Assembly (NCBI GenBank): GCA_043754155.1
Contig: JAYUVJ010000093.1
Coordinates: forward strand, 1 to 39,395
DNA length: 39,395 nucleotides
Direction of reading: 5' to 3'
Source of the DNA: Acidimicrobiia bacterium
GTDB lineage: Bacteria; Actinomycetota; Acidimicrobiia; Acidimicrobiales; JANYDT01
The translations under genes and the position numbers were made by a program. The notes under the pieces are model-generated. The model did not search any database. It saw only the letters and a list, made by a program, of their open reading frames with translations, and was not told the DNA's origin. The first letter of the stretch is position 1; each line of letters begins with the position of its first letter. Positions 8,191-16,556 of the stretch are shown here, in pieces.

Positions 8191-10170
8191 TTAGATGAAG
8201 CGGGCGAGGAACGTGTCGATGCGGTTGATTTCGTCTATGCGGGTTTCTGGTTTGCGCCAGCCGTGGCCTTCGCCTTCGTAGATCACGAGTTCTACATCGC
8301 GGCCAAGAGTGGTAAGGCGGTCGGCAATGGCCCGTGACTGGTCTACGCCGACGACGGGATCTGCGGCGCCGTGCAGAATTAACAGTGGTGCCGTAATCAG
8401 CGAAACGCGGGTTATAGGGGAACGTTCGGCGTAGAGGGAATCAGTACGTGCACCTACGAGTGACGCGTTGTAGTACTTCTCATATCGGTGGGTGGTGGCA
8501 TCGAGGGCGTCGAGATCGGTGACGGGGTAAAGCACGATCCCACCGGCGAACAATTCACCGAAACGAGCGAGTAAATGCAGCGCAGTGAGTCCGCCGGCGG
8601 ATCCACCCATCATCACGATTCGAGCAGGATCAGCCCAGCCTTGTGCGATGGCGTGGCGAACTCCGTCGGCGCAATCGGTTACGTCAATTTCGCCCCAGCA
8701 GCCTCGCATGGACCTGGTGTATTCGCGACCCCAGCCGGTTGAACCGCGATAGTCGGGGACGAGAATCGACCACCCCTGGCCCAGCCAATGCACGAATCGT
8801 GGATTGAAGGTCACGATGTTCTGATCCGTCGGACCGCCATGCGCACTCACGATCATTGGTGTTGGACCGGTTACGTTTGCCGGCCGATAGATGCGTCCGT
8901 GAACGGTGGCGCCATCGGTTGCCGTCCACGAAATCACTTCTGGTTCGGGGATGGTGAATCCGTCCCACGCGCCCACAGGTCCTCGGGCGATTGTGGTTTT
9001 CGAGCCGGTGGCAACATCGTAAACAACCAGTTGTGCTGGGGTCTTTCCGCCGGTTCGCACCGCGGCAATTCGGCTCGATCCGCCGGGTGTTGTGGCCCAT
9101 GAAACTCCGATATGCACGGCTCGAGCAAGTTCGCGGACCTCTGACACTTGGGAGTCGTTGTCATCGTTTCCTGGAGCGGCGTTGGCGATACACAACTTGG
9201 CGAATCCGCCCTCGTTCCGCACAAAAGCGACCTGGTCACCGGTTGGAGACCAGCACCATGAGCGATTGCCGGGTCCCCAGGTTGGTCCACCATGTTCGAA
9301 TGTTTCGAGCGCCGGGCTGTGGACCGCTGAACCGAGAACCGATGAGGACTGTATGCGCACATTGCGATAACCGCTGCGGTCATCGAGCCAACCAAGAGCC
9401 CCCGTTGAGGCGAAGCGGGGCTGGCTTGTGGAAAGCTCCGTCGACCCCGCAACAACTTCGATCGGACCGACTAGTGCCGGCGAAGCGTCGTTGACTCCCA
9501 CAGTGCTACGTGTACAGACGATTCGCGATTCATCCCAAGGCATATGCGGGTCAGACCATTCGTGCCACGTCAACAATCCGTCGGGTCCCCATGCCGGGTC
9601 GCACCGAAAGTTTGCCGCAGAAGGGCCAACACTATTGCCCGCAACCACAAGTATTGAGCCCTGGGCAGCTGAACGGCGTTGGGCGACGCCAATGGATTGG
9701 GTGGCTTCATCGTCGATCACGAAAGCGACATAGCGGCCATCAGGAGAGACGGTTGGTGACCAAAGCCGTGCCGTTTCCGGTGCGGCGACTACGAGACGTC
9801 CCAAACTCCCAGCGCGGTCAATCTCGTAAAGACCACCGCTCTTGGCCACGTAGATCAACCCGGAGGAATCGGGTAGCCAGTCATAGCTGCCGCCGCCGTT
9901 TGGATGGGCTCCGGCAACGGGTGGATCGACGGTCAGGATGGTTTCGTGTCCAAACCCAGCTAGTTGGGGGCCTTCAGGGAGGTCGATCCCGACCAACGCG
10001 GTTCCGCTTGCCGTGGCGGTAGAGAACACCACGGTCAGTCCGTCAGGCGACAGCTTCGGTTCAGCGAGCGGGCGATCTGAACCAACAAGCACCGCGGATG
10101 ACCTGATGGGACGTGTTTTCACGGTCAGGAATCCTACGGCGCTCTCTCGTCGAACGACGCTGAATCGCAC
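8191..10170 (-). CDS. S9 family serine peptidase (prolyl oligopeptidase / acylaminoacyl-peptidase type) with N-terminal beta-propeller
   Basis: 659-aa ORF with repeated SPDG motifs in the N-terminal half. The C-terminal alpha/beta-hydrolase part carries HGGP, nucleophile motif MMGGSAGG (GxSxGG), LILHGAADPVV and EGEGHGW. The track start is GTG 10170; GTG 10122 (VKTRPI...) is an alternative. Confidence 0.85.
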   Translation of the reverse strand: MRFSVVRRESAVGFLTVKTRPIRSSAVLVGSDRPLAEPKLSPDGLTVVFSTATASGTALVGIDLPEGPQLAGFGHETILTVDPPVAGAHPNGGGSYDWLPDSSGLIYVAKSGGLYEIDRAGSLGRLVVAAPETARLWSPTVSPDGRYVAFVIDDEATQSIGVAQRRSAAQGSILVVAGNSVGPSAANFRCDPAWGPDGLLTWHEWSDPHMPWDESRIVCTRSTVGVNDASPALVGPIEVVAGSTELSTSQPRFASTGALGWLDDRSGYRNVRIQSSSVLGSAVHSPALETFEHGGPTWGPGNRSWCWSPTGDQVAFVRNEGGFAKLCIANAAPGNDDNDSQVSEVRELARAVHIGVSWATTPGGSSRIAAVRTGGKTPAQLVVYDVATGSKTTIARGPVGAWDGFTIPEPEVISWTATDGATVHGRIYRPANVTGPTPMIVSAHGGPTDQNIVTFNPRFVHWLGQGWSILVPDYRGSTGWGREYTRSMRGCWGEIDVTDCADGVRHAIAQGWADPARIVMMGGSAGGLTALHLLARFGELFAGGIVLYPVTDLDALDATTHRYEKYYNASLVGARTDSLYAERSPITRVSLITAPLLILHGAADPVVGVDQSRAIADRLTTLGRDVELVIYEGEGHGWRKPETRIDEINRIDTFLARFI

Positions 10171-10370
10171 ATGATCTGCGAACGAGCCGACGCTGGAAGT
10201 TTCGGTCCACCGTTAATCCATGCCCGTTCTGTGTTGACGTGAAGATACACCCGGTAGTTATCGCCGCGGCTTGTCGACCCAGTGTTGTTTAGTGATCGCC
10301 GACTAACTTCAATCAACGCCTGCGCCCACGTCACGTTGTGGTTTCCTGCCCGGTACAAAGCGTCTTTCAC
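10134..10370 (-). pseudogene. Remnant of a DUF222 / HNH endonuclease (13E12-repeat-type) gene, middle portion only
   Basis: The 78-aa ORF ...TWAQALIEVSRRSLNNTGSTSRGDNYRVYLHVNTERAWINGGPKLPASARSQIMCDSA matches the DUF222 pattern (..ADALVELCRR.. / v.VHVD / G..I....AR.LACDA) that normally precedes the HNH domain. The HNH part is absent and the fragment runs into the peptidase start. No DUF222 N-terminus is recognisable upstream. Confidence 0.5.
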
Positions 10371-10957
10371 TTCGTTCAGGGCTGCTTCAATCTCCCTACC
10401 GCTTCATTCAATGCCGTTTCAAGGGCAAGCGTGGAAGTTGAAGTCATCATGACCGCTTTTTTTTGTGGCTGGGTCCGAGTTCCAAACTAAGCTCCGGCGA
10501 GGATCGTGAAGTCCGCCATCAAAAAGAAGCCGGCTACTGAGCATTAGCGACTCGTTGCTTTCGAGGGGCTGATCCTGATATTGGCCGCCGGTACAACCCC
10601 TCATCACGAACGTTCCGGACTCGCGACACAATATGGGTCCATTGCTAACTCCATTCAATGTTAATAGGTACACCTACGGTTTTAACAATTCGTTGCCGTG
10701 CTCAGATCTCACTGCTCATTACGCCGAGGTTGCTGGTTGTTATCTCAGATCACTTGCTGGATGAGCCGCTGACCTTTGCAGGCTAAACCCGGGGAAAAAT
10801 GGTTCGTTGCTTTTGAGCTCGCCTCTGCCGGAACCTTGATGGCAAGGGTATCGGTGGGTGGGCAAGGACTGTTGCCTCAACGAAGATAGGCATGTGCGCG
10901 AAATTCAAAGATTCGGCCTGTACTCCGCCGAGTTGGAATTTGTAGATGTGACCAAAG

Positions 10958-10976
10958 TTGAAACTGTAGGTTTCAA
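10958..10976. promoter_or_regulatory. Inverted repeat TTGAAAC-tgtag-GTTTCAA upstream of the ATPase gene
   Basis: Perfect 7-bp arms with a 5-bp spacer, 34 bp before the annotated start at 11010. TGTAG also occurs at 10941 and 10977. The function is not established. Confidence 0.3.
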
Positions 10977-11009
10977 TGTAGAGAAAATGGTGGTTAGCTA
11001 CTAGATAAT

Positions 11010-12308
11010 TTGCTGGTTAGGGTGCATACTTTGGAGGTGGAAGAGCGTCTCATTCAGCGTCGTGCATTGGCAACGGCAGTCGAATCGTTGACGGGTTTTC
11101 GGGCGGTCGTCGTACAGGGTGCACGTCAAGTGGGAAAGTCCACAATTGCCGAGTTGATTGCCACAAAAATCGGTGCTTCGGAGGTGAGTTTGGACCGTGA
11201 GGAAGACCTCTCTTCGGCGATTGATGATCCGTTGTTGTTTCTTCAGTCTCTCGGCGTGCCAGCAGTGATTGACGAGATTCAGCGTGGTGGCGAGCCGCTT
11301 GTCTTGGCCATCAAACAACGGCTGGATCAGTCGAGGAAGCCGGGCCAGTACCTACTAACTGGCTCTACTAATTTTCTCACCACCCCAGCGGTATCGGAGA
11401 GCTTGGCTGGCCGGATTGATCTGGTCACGCTGTGGCCGCTCTCGATGGGAGAAATGCAAGATGGCGCAGATGACTTCGTAGATCGGGCGTTTAGCAATCC
11501 AGCGGGACTCCTCGCTCACCGAGGGGAAACTCCGACAAGAGACGAGTATGTGCAGCGGGTTTGCGCTGGCGGCTACCCGGAAGTTCAAGGGCTTTCAGAA
11601 CGCCTCCGGCGTCGATGGTTCGAGCGATATCTCGAAACGGTGCTGCGCCGAGAAGTTGAAACCGCCTCTGACCTTCGTCGGTTTGAGTCGCTTGTCGCCA
11701 TGGCCCGCCTCCTGATCGCTACAACGGGTTCCGAACTTGTGATGTCTCGCCTTGCTCAAGATTTGGGGATTGATCGGTCGACGGCGGAGACCTATGAGCC
11801 ATGGATCGAGACCACCTTTCTCGTGCATCGAATCCCAGCATGGAGTCGGAAAGTCGCGTCGAAAACCATTCACCGCGCCAAGCTTCACGTTTGTGACTCC
11901 GGGTTGGCTGCGGGGATCATTGGAAAGAATTCTGAAGCCTTGCAACGCCGCAACGATCCGTCGTTAGGGCCGTTGCTGGAATCATTCGTGATTGCCGAGC
12001 TGGCCAAGCAGCTCACCTGGTCTGAAACATCGGGAAGGTTGCACCACTATCGGGACGCTAACGGGCTGGAAATCGATGCCATCGTGGAGGCGCCCGATGG
12101 TCGTGTTATGGCCATCAAGATTAAATCGTCGACGGTCCCTCGAAGCGATGATGCAGCTCCTATGGCGCAGTTCCGCAACAAGCTTGATCGAGTTGGACAA
12201 GATTTTGTCATTGGGGTGGTTTTCCATACCGGCGACAGGCGGGTTTCGCTAGGCGACCGCCTAATTGGCTTGCCGATCTCCGATTTGTGGACCGGGTCGG
12301 CACGGTAA
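11010..12308 (+). CDS. AAA-family ATPase with C-terminal DUF4143-type module (COG1373-like)
   Basis: 432-aa ORF with Walker A VVVQGARQVGKSTIA and Walker-B-like VIDEIQR. The C-terminal part reads HHYRDANGLEIDAIVEAPDGRVMAIKIKSS. The track start is TTG and the true start is uncertain (GTG at 11022 is possible). Confidence 0.8.
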   Translation: MLVRVHTLEVEERLIQRRALATAVESLTGFRAVVVQGARQVGKSTIAELIATKIGASEVSLDREEDLSSAIDDPLLFLQSLGVPAVIDEIQRGGEPLVLAIKQRLDQSRKPGQYLLTGSTNFLTTPAVSESLAGRIDLVTLWPLSMGEMQDGADDFVDRAFSNPAGLLAHRGETPTRDEYVQRVCAGGYPEVQGLSERLRRRWFERYLETVLRREVETASDLRRFESLVAMARLLIATTGSELVMSRLAQDLGIDRSTAETYEPWIETTFLVHRIPAWSRKVASKTIHRAKLHVCDSGLAAGIIGKNSEALQRRNDPSLGPLLESFVIAELAKQLTWSETSGRLHHYRDANGLEIDAIVEAPDGRVMAIKIKSSTVPRSDDAAPMAQFRNKLDRVGQDFVIGVVFHTGDRRVSLGDRLIGLPISDLWTGSAR

Positions 12309-12322
12309 GGCGAACTTTCTCT

Positions 12323-12367
12323 CAAGGTCGGTCTGTGCAAGGTCGGTCGCTACAAGGTCGTCTTGCA
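12323..12367 (+). repeat. 15-bp direct repeat x3 with core CAAGGTCG
   Basis: caaggtcggtctgtg / caaggtcggtcgcta / caaggtcgtcttgca, with cores at 12323, 12338 and 12353. It lies in the 220-bp gap between the ATPase gene and the sulfite reductase gene. Confidence 0.85.
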
Positions 12368-12528
12368 TCATCAAAATCGTCGTTATGACTTGTTGATTAG
12401 CCGCCGTTCACCTACGTTACTCGTAGCCGTGCGCCGGACCATTGGCTTTTGAGGGCGCAAACGAAGGTCACAACCTAATCCCGACCAATCTTGTCGGCTT
12501 TAACGACAATCGAGGGTAAACTGGACGA

Positions 12529-14343
12529 GTGAACGCTCCAGCTGAACGTATGCCCACCGCCGTTGAAGGTTTGAAGGCCGCTAGTCGTGGGCTTCTTGGC
12601 ACCCTGGTCGAAGAATTGGCCAACGACGCTCCGGATTTTACCGGGGATGCCACCAACCTCATCAAGTTCCACGGTTTCTACCAGCAGGATGACAGAGATA
12701 TCCGCCGTGAGAGGGCATCCAAGAAGCTGCCGCTCGAATACTCCTGCATGGTTCGTGCCAGCCTCCCCGGTGGCACCGTAACTGCCGATCAGTGGATTGC
12801 CATGGACAACCTGGCCTCCGAAATTGCCGACGGCTCGCTAAGAATCACCACCCGCCAAGGCATCCAGTTTCACTTCGTCCACAAGCCAGAGCTACGTTCA
12901 CTTATTAACACTCTGAACAAACACCTCGTCACTACCTTGGCAGCCTGTGGCGACGTAGTGCGTAACGTGATGGCCGATCCTGCACCCCACGCGGAGCGAG
13001 CCAACATCGATCTCGGACACTATGCACGCGAACTATCTGCTGCCTTTAAGCCGACGACGCGTTCTTACTATGACTTGTTCATTGATCATGAGTCGGCCGC
13101 ATCGGCAGTAGAAACGGCTCCTGAAATCGATGCGCTCTACGGAGAAACGTATTTGCCCCGCAAGTTCAAGATTGCTTTCGCGTGGCCCGGCGATAACTGC
13201 GTTGATCTGTACGCACATGATCTTGGCTTGATTCCGATTTTGTCCAACGGCCTCACCGGCGATGTGCAAGGTTGGATCGTGTTGGCCGGCGGCGGTATGG
13301 GCCAAAACCACGCCCGCGAAGGCGAAACCTATCCTCGTGTTGCCTCCATCATCGGCGCAGTTGGCGTGAACGATCTGCGTGCCGTGGGCGAAGAAGTCAT
13401 TGGCATCTTCCGTGATTTTGGTGACCGCACCGATCGTGGCCGAGCCCGCCTTAAGTACCTCATGGATGACCGCGGCCTGGATTGGTTCATCGCTGAAACC
13501 CGCACCCGCCTGGCCGCTCGTACGCAACCCGTTGAGCTGCAAGAAGCTCCCGCTCTACAACCTTGGGACGACTGCGATGAGCACCTGGGCTGGCACCCAC
13601 AAACCCTGGCTGCCGACGGAACCGGTGATACTTATTTCATTGGCATTCACGTTGAATCCGGTCGAGTGCGTGATGTCGCCGAAACCAGGGCCGACGAACA
13701 TCACGGCCAAGTTCGTACTGCCCTGCGAGCCATTGCTGATTCAGGCCTGGTTCCCGAGTTCCGTTTCACCGCCCGCCAAGATGTGCTGCTGTGTGGTGTG
13801 AACGTTTTTGATCGCATCAAGGTGGAAAATATTCTCCGTGCACATAGCGTTCCTCTCGCTCATCACTACACGCCAGTACGTCGCTTGGCTATGGCTTGCC
13901 CCGCACTCCCAACCTGTGGTCAGGCCCTCGCCGAAGCCGAACGGATCCTTCCGCGTCTCGCCGACGATGCCGCCAATGCACTCGATAAAGCTGGTATTGG
14001 CTCACAAGAACTTCGCATCAACGTCACCGGTTGCCCTAATGGTTGCGCACGTCCGTATACGTCGGAAGTCGGCCTGGTTGGTCGAGGTAAGCGCACGTAT
14101 GATCTTTACATCGGTGGTTCAGTAAGCGGGGACCGGTTGAACAAGCGTCTCGTCGCCGATATGCACGTCGATGATCTCGGCCCGGCCATGTCCACCCTGT
14201 TTGACCGTTACAGCCGTGAACGAAACAACGCCAAGGAAACCTTTGGTGACTGGTCGGCCCGTGTCGATCAAGCCGAGTTGCTGGGTTCACTACCGGCGCC
14301 AACCAAGAAGCGCCGTGCGACCAGCGCAGCTGATGCTGAGTAG
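12529..14343 (+). CDS. cysI: Assimilatory sulfite reductase hemoprotein (siroheme/[4Fe-4S]; CysI/Sir family)
   Basis: 604-aa ORF with a GTG start. LIKFHGFYQQDDRDIRRER parallels E. coli CysI RFHGMYQQDDRD. The cluster-binding motifs MACPALPTCGQALAEAER and INVTGCPNGCARPY (C-x5-C ... C-x3-C) are present. The electron donor (NADPH flavoprotein versus ferredoxin) cannot be decided here. Confidence 0.85.
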   Translation: MNAPAERMPTAVEGLKAASRGLLGTLVEELANDAPDFTGDATNLIKFHGFYQQDDRDIRRERASKKLPLEYSCMVRASLPGGTVTADQWIAMDNLASEIADGSLRITTRQGIQFHFVHKPELRSLINTLNKHLVTTLAACGDVVRNVMADPAPHAERANIDLGHYARELSAAFKPTTRSYYDLFIDHESAASAVETAPEIDALYGETYLPRKFKIAFAWPGDNCVDLYAHDLGLIPILSNGLTGDVQGWIVLAGGGMGQNHAREGETYPRVASIIGAVGVNDLRAVGEEVIGIFRDFGDRTDRGRARLKYLMDDRGLDWFIAETRTRLAARTQPVELQEAPALQPWDDCDEHLGWHPQTLAADGTGDTYFIGIHVESGRVRDVAETRADEHHGQVRTALRAIADSGLVPEFRFTARQDVLLCGVNVFDRIKVENILRAHSVPLAHHYTPVRRLAMACPALPTCGQALAEAERILPRLADDAANALDKAGIGSQELRINVTGCPNGCARPYTSEVGLVGRGKRTYDLYIGGSVSGDRLNKRLVADMHVDDLGPAMSTLFDRYSRERNNAKETFGDWSARVDQAELLGSLPAPTKKRRATSAADAE

Positions 14344-14432
14344 CTCAACGAGTCAACTAGGTTCACCTGCGAACACGCGCCAAGTCGGAACAGCGGTACC
14401 GTTGGCTCGATTCGACTGCCAGGCTGGTCACC

Positions 14433-15263
14433 ATGACTGGATCTAACGACTCCCCAGATTGGCGTGCACCAGTTCCGGTGGAAATACCGTCGGCCCAGCA
14501 ACCCATTTGGTTCCCGATTCTCCTTTCCCTTGGCGGACGGAAATGCGTAGTGGTGGGTGGCGGACCAATTGGTGCTCGCAAAGCCATCGGCCTTCGTGAT
14601 GCCGGCGCCGAAGTAGTTCTCGTGGCCACCAAACTCAGCCCCGAGGCCTTAGCGCTCACCGGTGTCACGCTCATCGAACGGCCCTACCTAAGCGCTGATT
14701 TGGAGGGTGCCTGGTTAGTGATCACGGCCGTCGACAATCAGGAAACCACCGCCCAAGTTGCCGTTGACGCAGCCGCTGCCCAAGTGTTCATGAACGCTTC
14801 GGATGACCCACCGTTTTGTACCTCGATTCTTCCGGCTACTCATCGCGACGGTGACGTAATCGTGGCCGTATCAACCGGCGGTGCCAGTCCGGCCGCAGCA
14901 TCGTGGATTCGTGACCGCATTGCTCACAGCCTGGGCTCCACTCCATCGCAGGTGGTGCGCCATGTCAGGGCGGTACGTGACCAGATTCGCCAAACCCGAA
15001 CCAGCGAAGGGCTGCCCTGGCGACCACTGATTTCCCAGGCTGCACAGGCGCTCGAAGCCCACGACCCAGACGAACTGCAACGTGCCACGACTGCCTGGAC
15101 CAACACACTGGGATATCGATGTGACCAGAGCGACTGCTCGGCACCATCATGTGGTTCACGCAACTGTGTGCGCTACGAAACAGCCCTGCAACAAGAAGTC
15201 CGTAGGTTGGAAGCACAAGCAGGACATAGCCGATTACCAGTCGAGGAGGCCACCACACCATGA
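14433..15263 (+). CDS. Precorrin-2 dehydrogenase / sirohydrochlorin ferrochelatase (CysG N-terminal domain / SirC-Met8 type) with a Cys-rich C-terminal extension
   Basis: 276-aa ORF with Rossmann motif GRKCVVVGGGPIGARKAIGLRDAGAEVVLVA, then VITAVDN..., then IVAVSTGGASPAAASWIR, typical of this family. The tail contains YRCDQSDCSAPSCGSRNCV. Confidence 0.8.
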   Translation: MTGSNDSPDWRAPVPVEIPSAQQPIWFPILLSLGGRKCVVVGGGPIGARKAIGLRDAGAEVVLVATKLSPEALALTGVTLIERPYLSADLEGAWLVITAVDNQETTAQVAVDAAAAQVFMNASDDPPFCTSILPATHRDGDVIVAVSTGGASPAAASWIRDRIAHSLGSTPSQVVRHVRAVRDQIRQTRTSEGLPWRPLISQAAQALEAHDPDELQRATTAWTNTLGYRCDQSDCSAPSCGSRNCVRYETALQQEVRRLEAQAGHSRLPVEEATTP

Positions 15264-16228
15264 TTGAGCTTACCGAACCCAACACCACTGCTCACGGTCT
15301 CCCTCGAGTGCTGGAAACCCCTGGCGATACAAAGCAAGGCGTTACAAAGCAAGGCGTTACCGTTACTAAACAAGGCGTTACAAAGCAAGGCGGTGCAAAG
15401 CAAGGCGGTGCAAAGCAAGGCGGGATCCTGGAGAGCACCGTAGATGCCAGGCTTGTCGAAGTTGCTGCCATTGATGCATCAACGGCCATAACCCCAGGCT
15501 TGACCTACCTTGTTGGAGCTGGGCCTGGCGATGTTGATCTCTTGACGGTTCGTGCCGTTCGAGTTTTGGGTTTGGCCGATGTGGTGTTGCATGATGCGCT
15601 CGTTGGCCCGGGCATCCTCGAACTTGCGCCTCTCGATGCCGAGTTGATTGATGTTGGTAAGCGTGCTGGCAATTCCTCGTCACAAGACATTATCTGTGCA
15701 CTAATGATTGAACTGGCTCGTCAGGGAAAAACCGTCGTTCGGCTCAAAGGTGGCGACCCGTTTGTGTTTGGCCGTGGCGGCGAAGAAATTGAGGCATTGC
15801 GCCAAGCCGGTCTCAACTACAGCGTTGTACCAGGTATCTCCTCATCGATTGCCGCCCCAGCAGCAGCAGGAATTCCCGTCACACACCGCAAGGTTTCTGC
15901 CGCCTACACCGTAGTAACAGGCCACCGAACCGAAGGTGCCGATCCTGTCGATTGGTCGGCACTAGCTAAAGTTGGCGGCACCATCGTGTTGTTGATGGCA
16001 GTCGGTCGACGTGGTGAAATAGCACGTGCGCTTATCGAAGGTGGGTTGCCTGGTACTACCCCAGTCGCTGCAATAACCAACGGTTCGCGAAACGACCAAA
16101 TCGATATTCGCACTACCCTCGCCGAGCTGCATCTCACCCCAGTTGAAGCCCCAGCAACGATTGTCGTCGGGGCCGTCGCCGCCATGGACCTCCGCGACCA
16201 AACGCGCTTCATTTCGACCGTCGGCTGA
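15260..16228 (+). CDS. cobA: Uroporphyrinogen-III C-methyltransferase (SUMT; CobA / CysG C-terminal domain)
   Basis: Motifs YLVGAGPGDVDLLTVRAVRVLGLADVVLHDALV, VVRLKGGDPFVFGRGGEE and VPGISSSIAAPAAAGIPVTHR. The ATG at 15260 overlaps the upstream stop (ATGA), but the conserved domain only begins near 15500, where an in-frame TTG gives (M)TYLVGAGPGD. The 5' 240 nt contain the 15-bp repeat, so the start is uncertain. Confidence 0.85.
   Translation: MIELTEPNTTAHGLPRVLETPGDTKQGVTKQGVTVTKQGVTKQGGAKQGGAKQGGILESTVDARLVEVAAIDASTAITPGLTYLVGAGPGDVDLLTVRAVRVLGLADVVLHDALVGPGILELAPLDAELIDVGKRAGNSSSQDIICALMIELARQGKTVVRLKGGDPFVFGRGGEEIEALRQAGLNYSVVPGISSSIAAPAAAGIPVTHRKVSAAYTVVTGHRTEGADPVDWSALAKVGGTIVLLMAVGRRGEIARALIEGGLPGTTPVAAITNGSRNDQIDIRTTLAELHLTPVEAPATIVVGAVAAMDLRDQTRFISTVG
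15331..15426 (+). repeat. 15-bp tandem repeat (aaagcaaggcgttac / aaagcaaggcggtgc) of about 6 copies plus a 6-nt partial insert
   Basis: Units at 15331, 15346, (cgttac 15361-15366), 15367, 15382, 15397 and 15412. In the cobA frame they read KQGVT-KQGVT-VT-KQGVT-KQGGA-KQGGA-KQGG. Confidence 0.95.
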
Positions 16229-16474
16229 AGCGAGAAAACCTACAGAGTTTGGTGCCCGCCAAGCGTATTGCAATGAGTTCGAACTAGCTGTTAGGTCTAG
16301 GCGTGTGGATGGCTTTGGGTAGTGGTTGCACAGAACCACCCACACGCTTGCCGGTCTCGGCGTACACAGGTCCTTGGGCGCACCACTTGACGTCAAAATC
16401 GTGAGCCATCCAAGGTCTTACAACATCGCAAAGGGGCGGAGATCGAAGGAACCCGTCCTAAGGGGTAACGCGAC

Positions 16475-16499
16475 AAACGCCGCCCGAAGGACGGCGTTT
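16475..16499. terminator. GC-rich hairpin, candidate bidirectional terminator between cobA and the MarR gene
   Basis: AAACGCCG (16475-16482) pairs with CGGCGTTT (16492-16499). The A/T runs on the two sides give a short U-tract on either strand. It lies 58 nt beyond the MarR stop. Confidence 0.5.
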
Positions 16500-16556
16500 G
16501 AATGGGTGCTTTGAGCGATCACCGACAGAATCGGCGGGAAGCAGCGGAGGAGGTGC

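Noticed and set aside
10419-10673. 84-aa minus-strand ORF in the AT-rich spacer
   Set aside because: There is no motif, no start context and atypical composition. It may be leftover pseudogene sequence, but I cannot assign it.
16284-16409. 41-aa minus-strand ORF (MAHDFDVKWCAQGPVYAETGKRVGGSVQPLPKAIHTPRPNS) in the cobA-MarR gap
   Set aside because: It has no SD and no recognisable family, and it lies downstream of the MarR terminator hairpin. There is too little evidence to call it.
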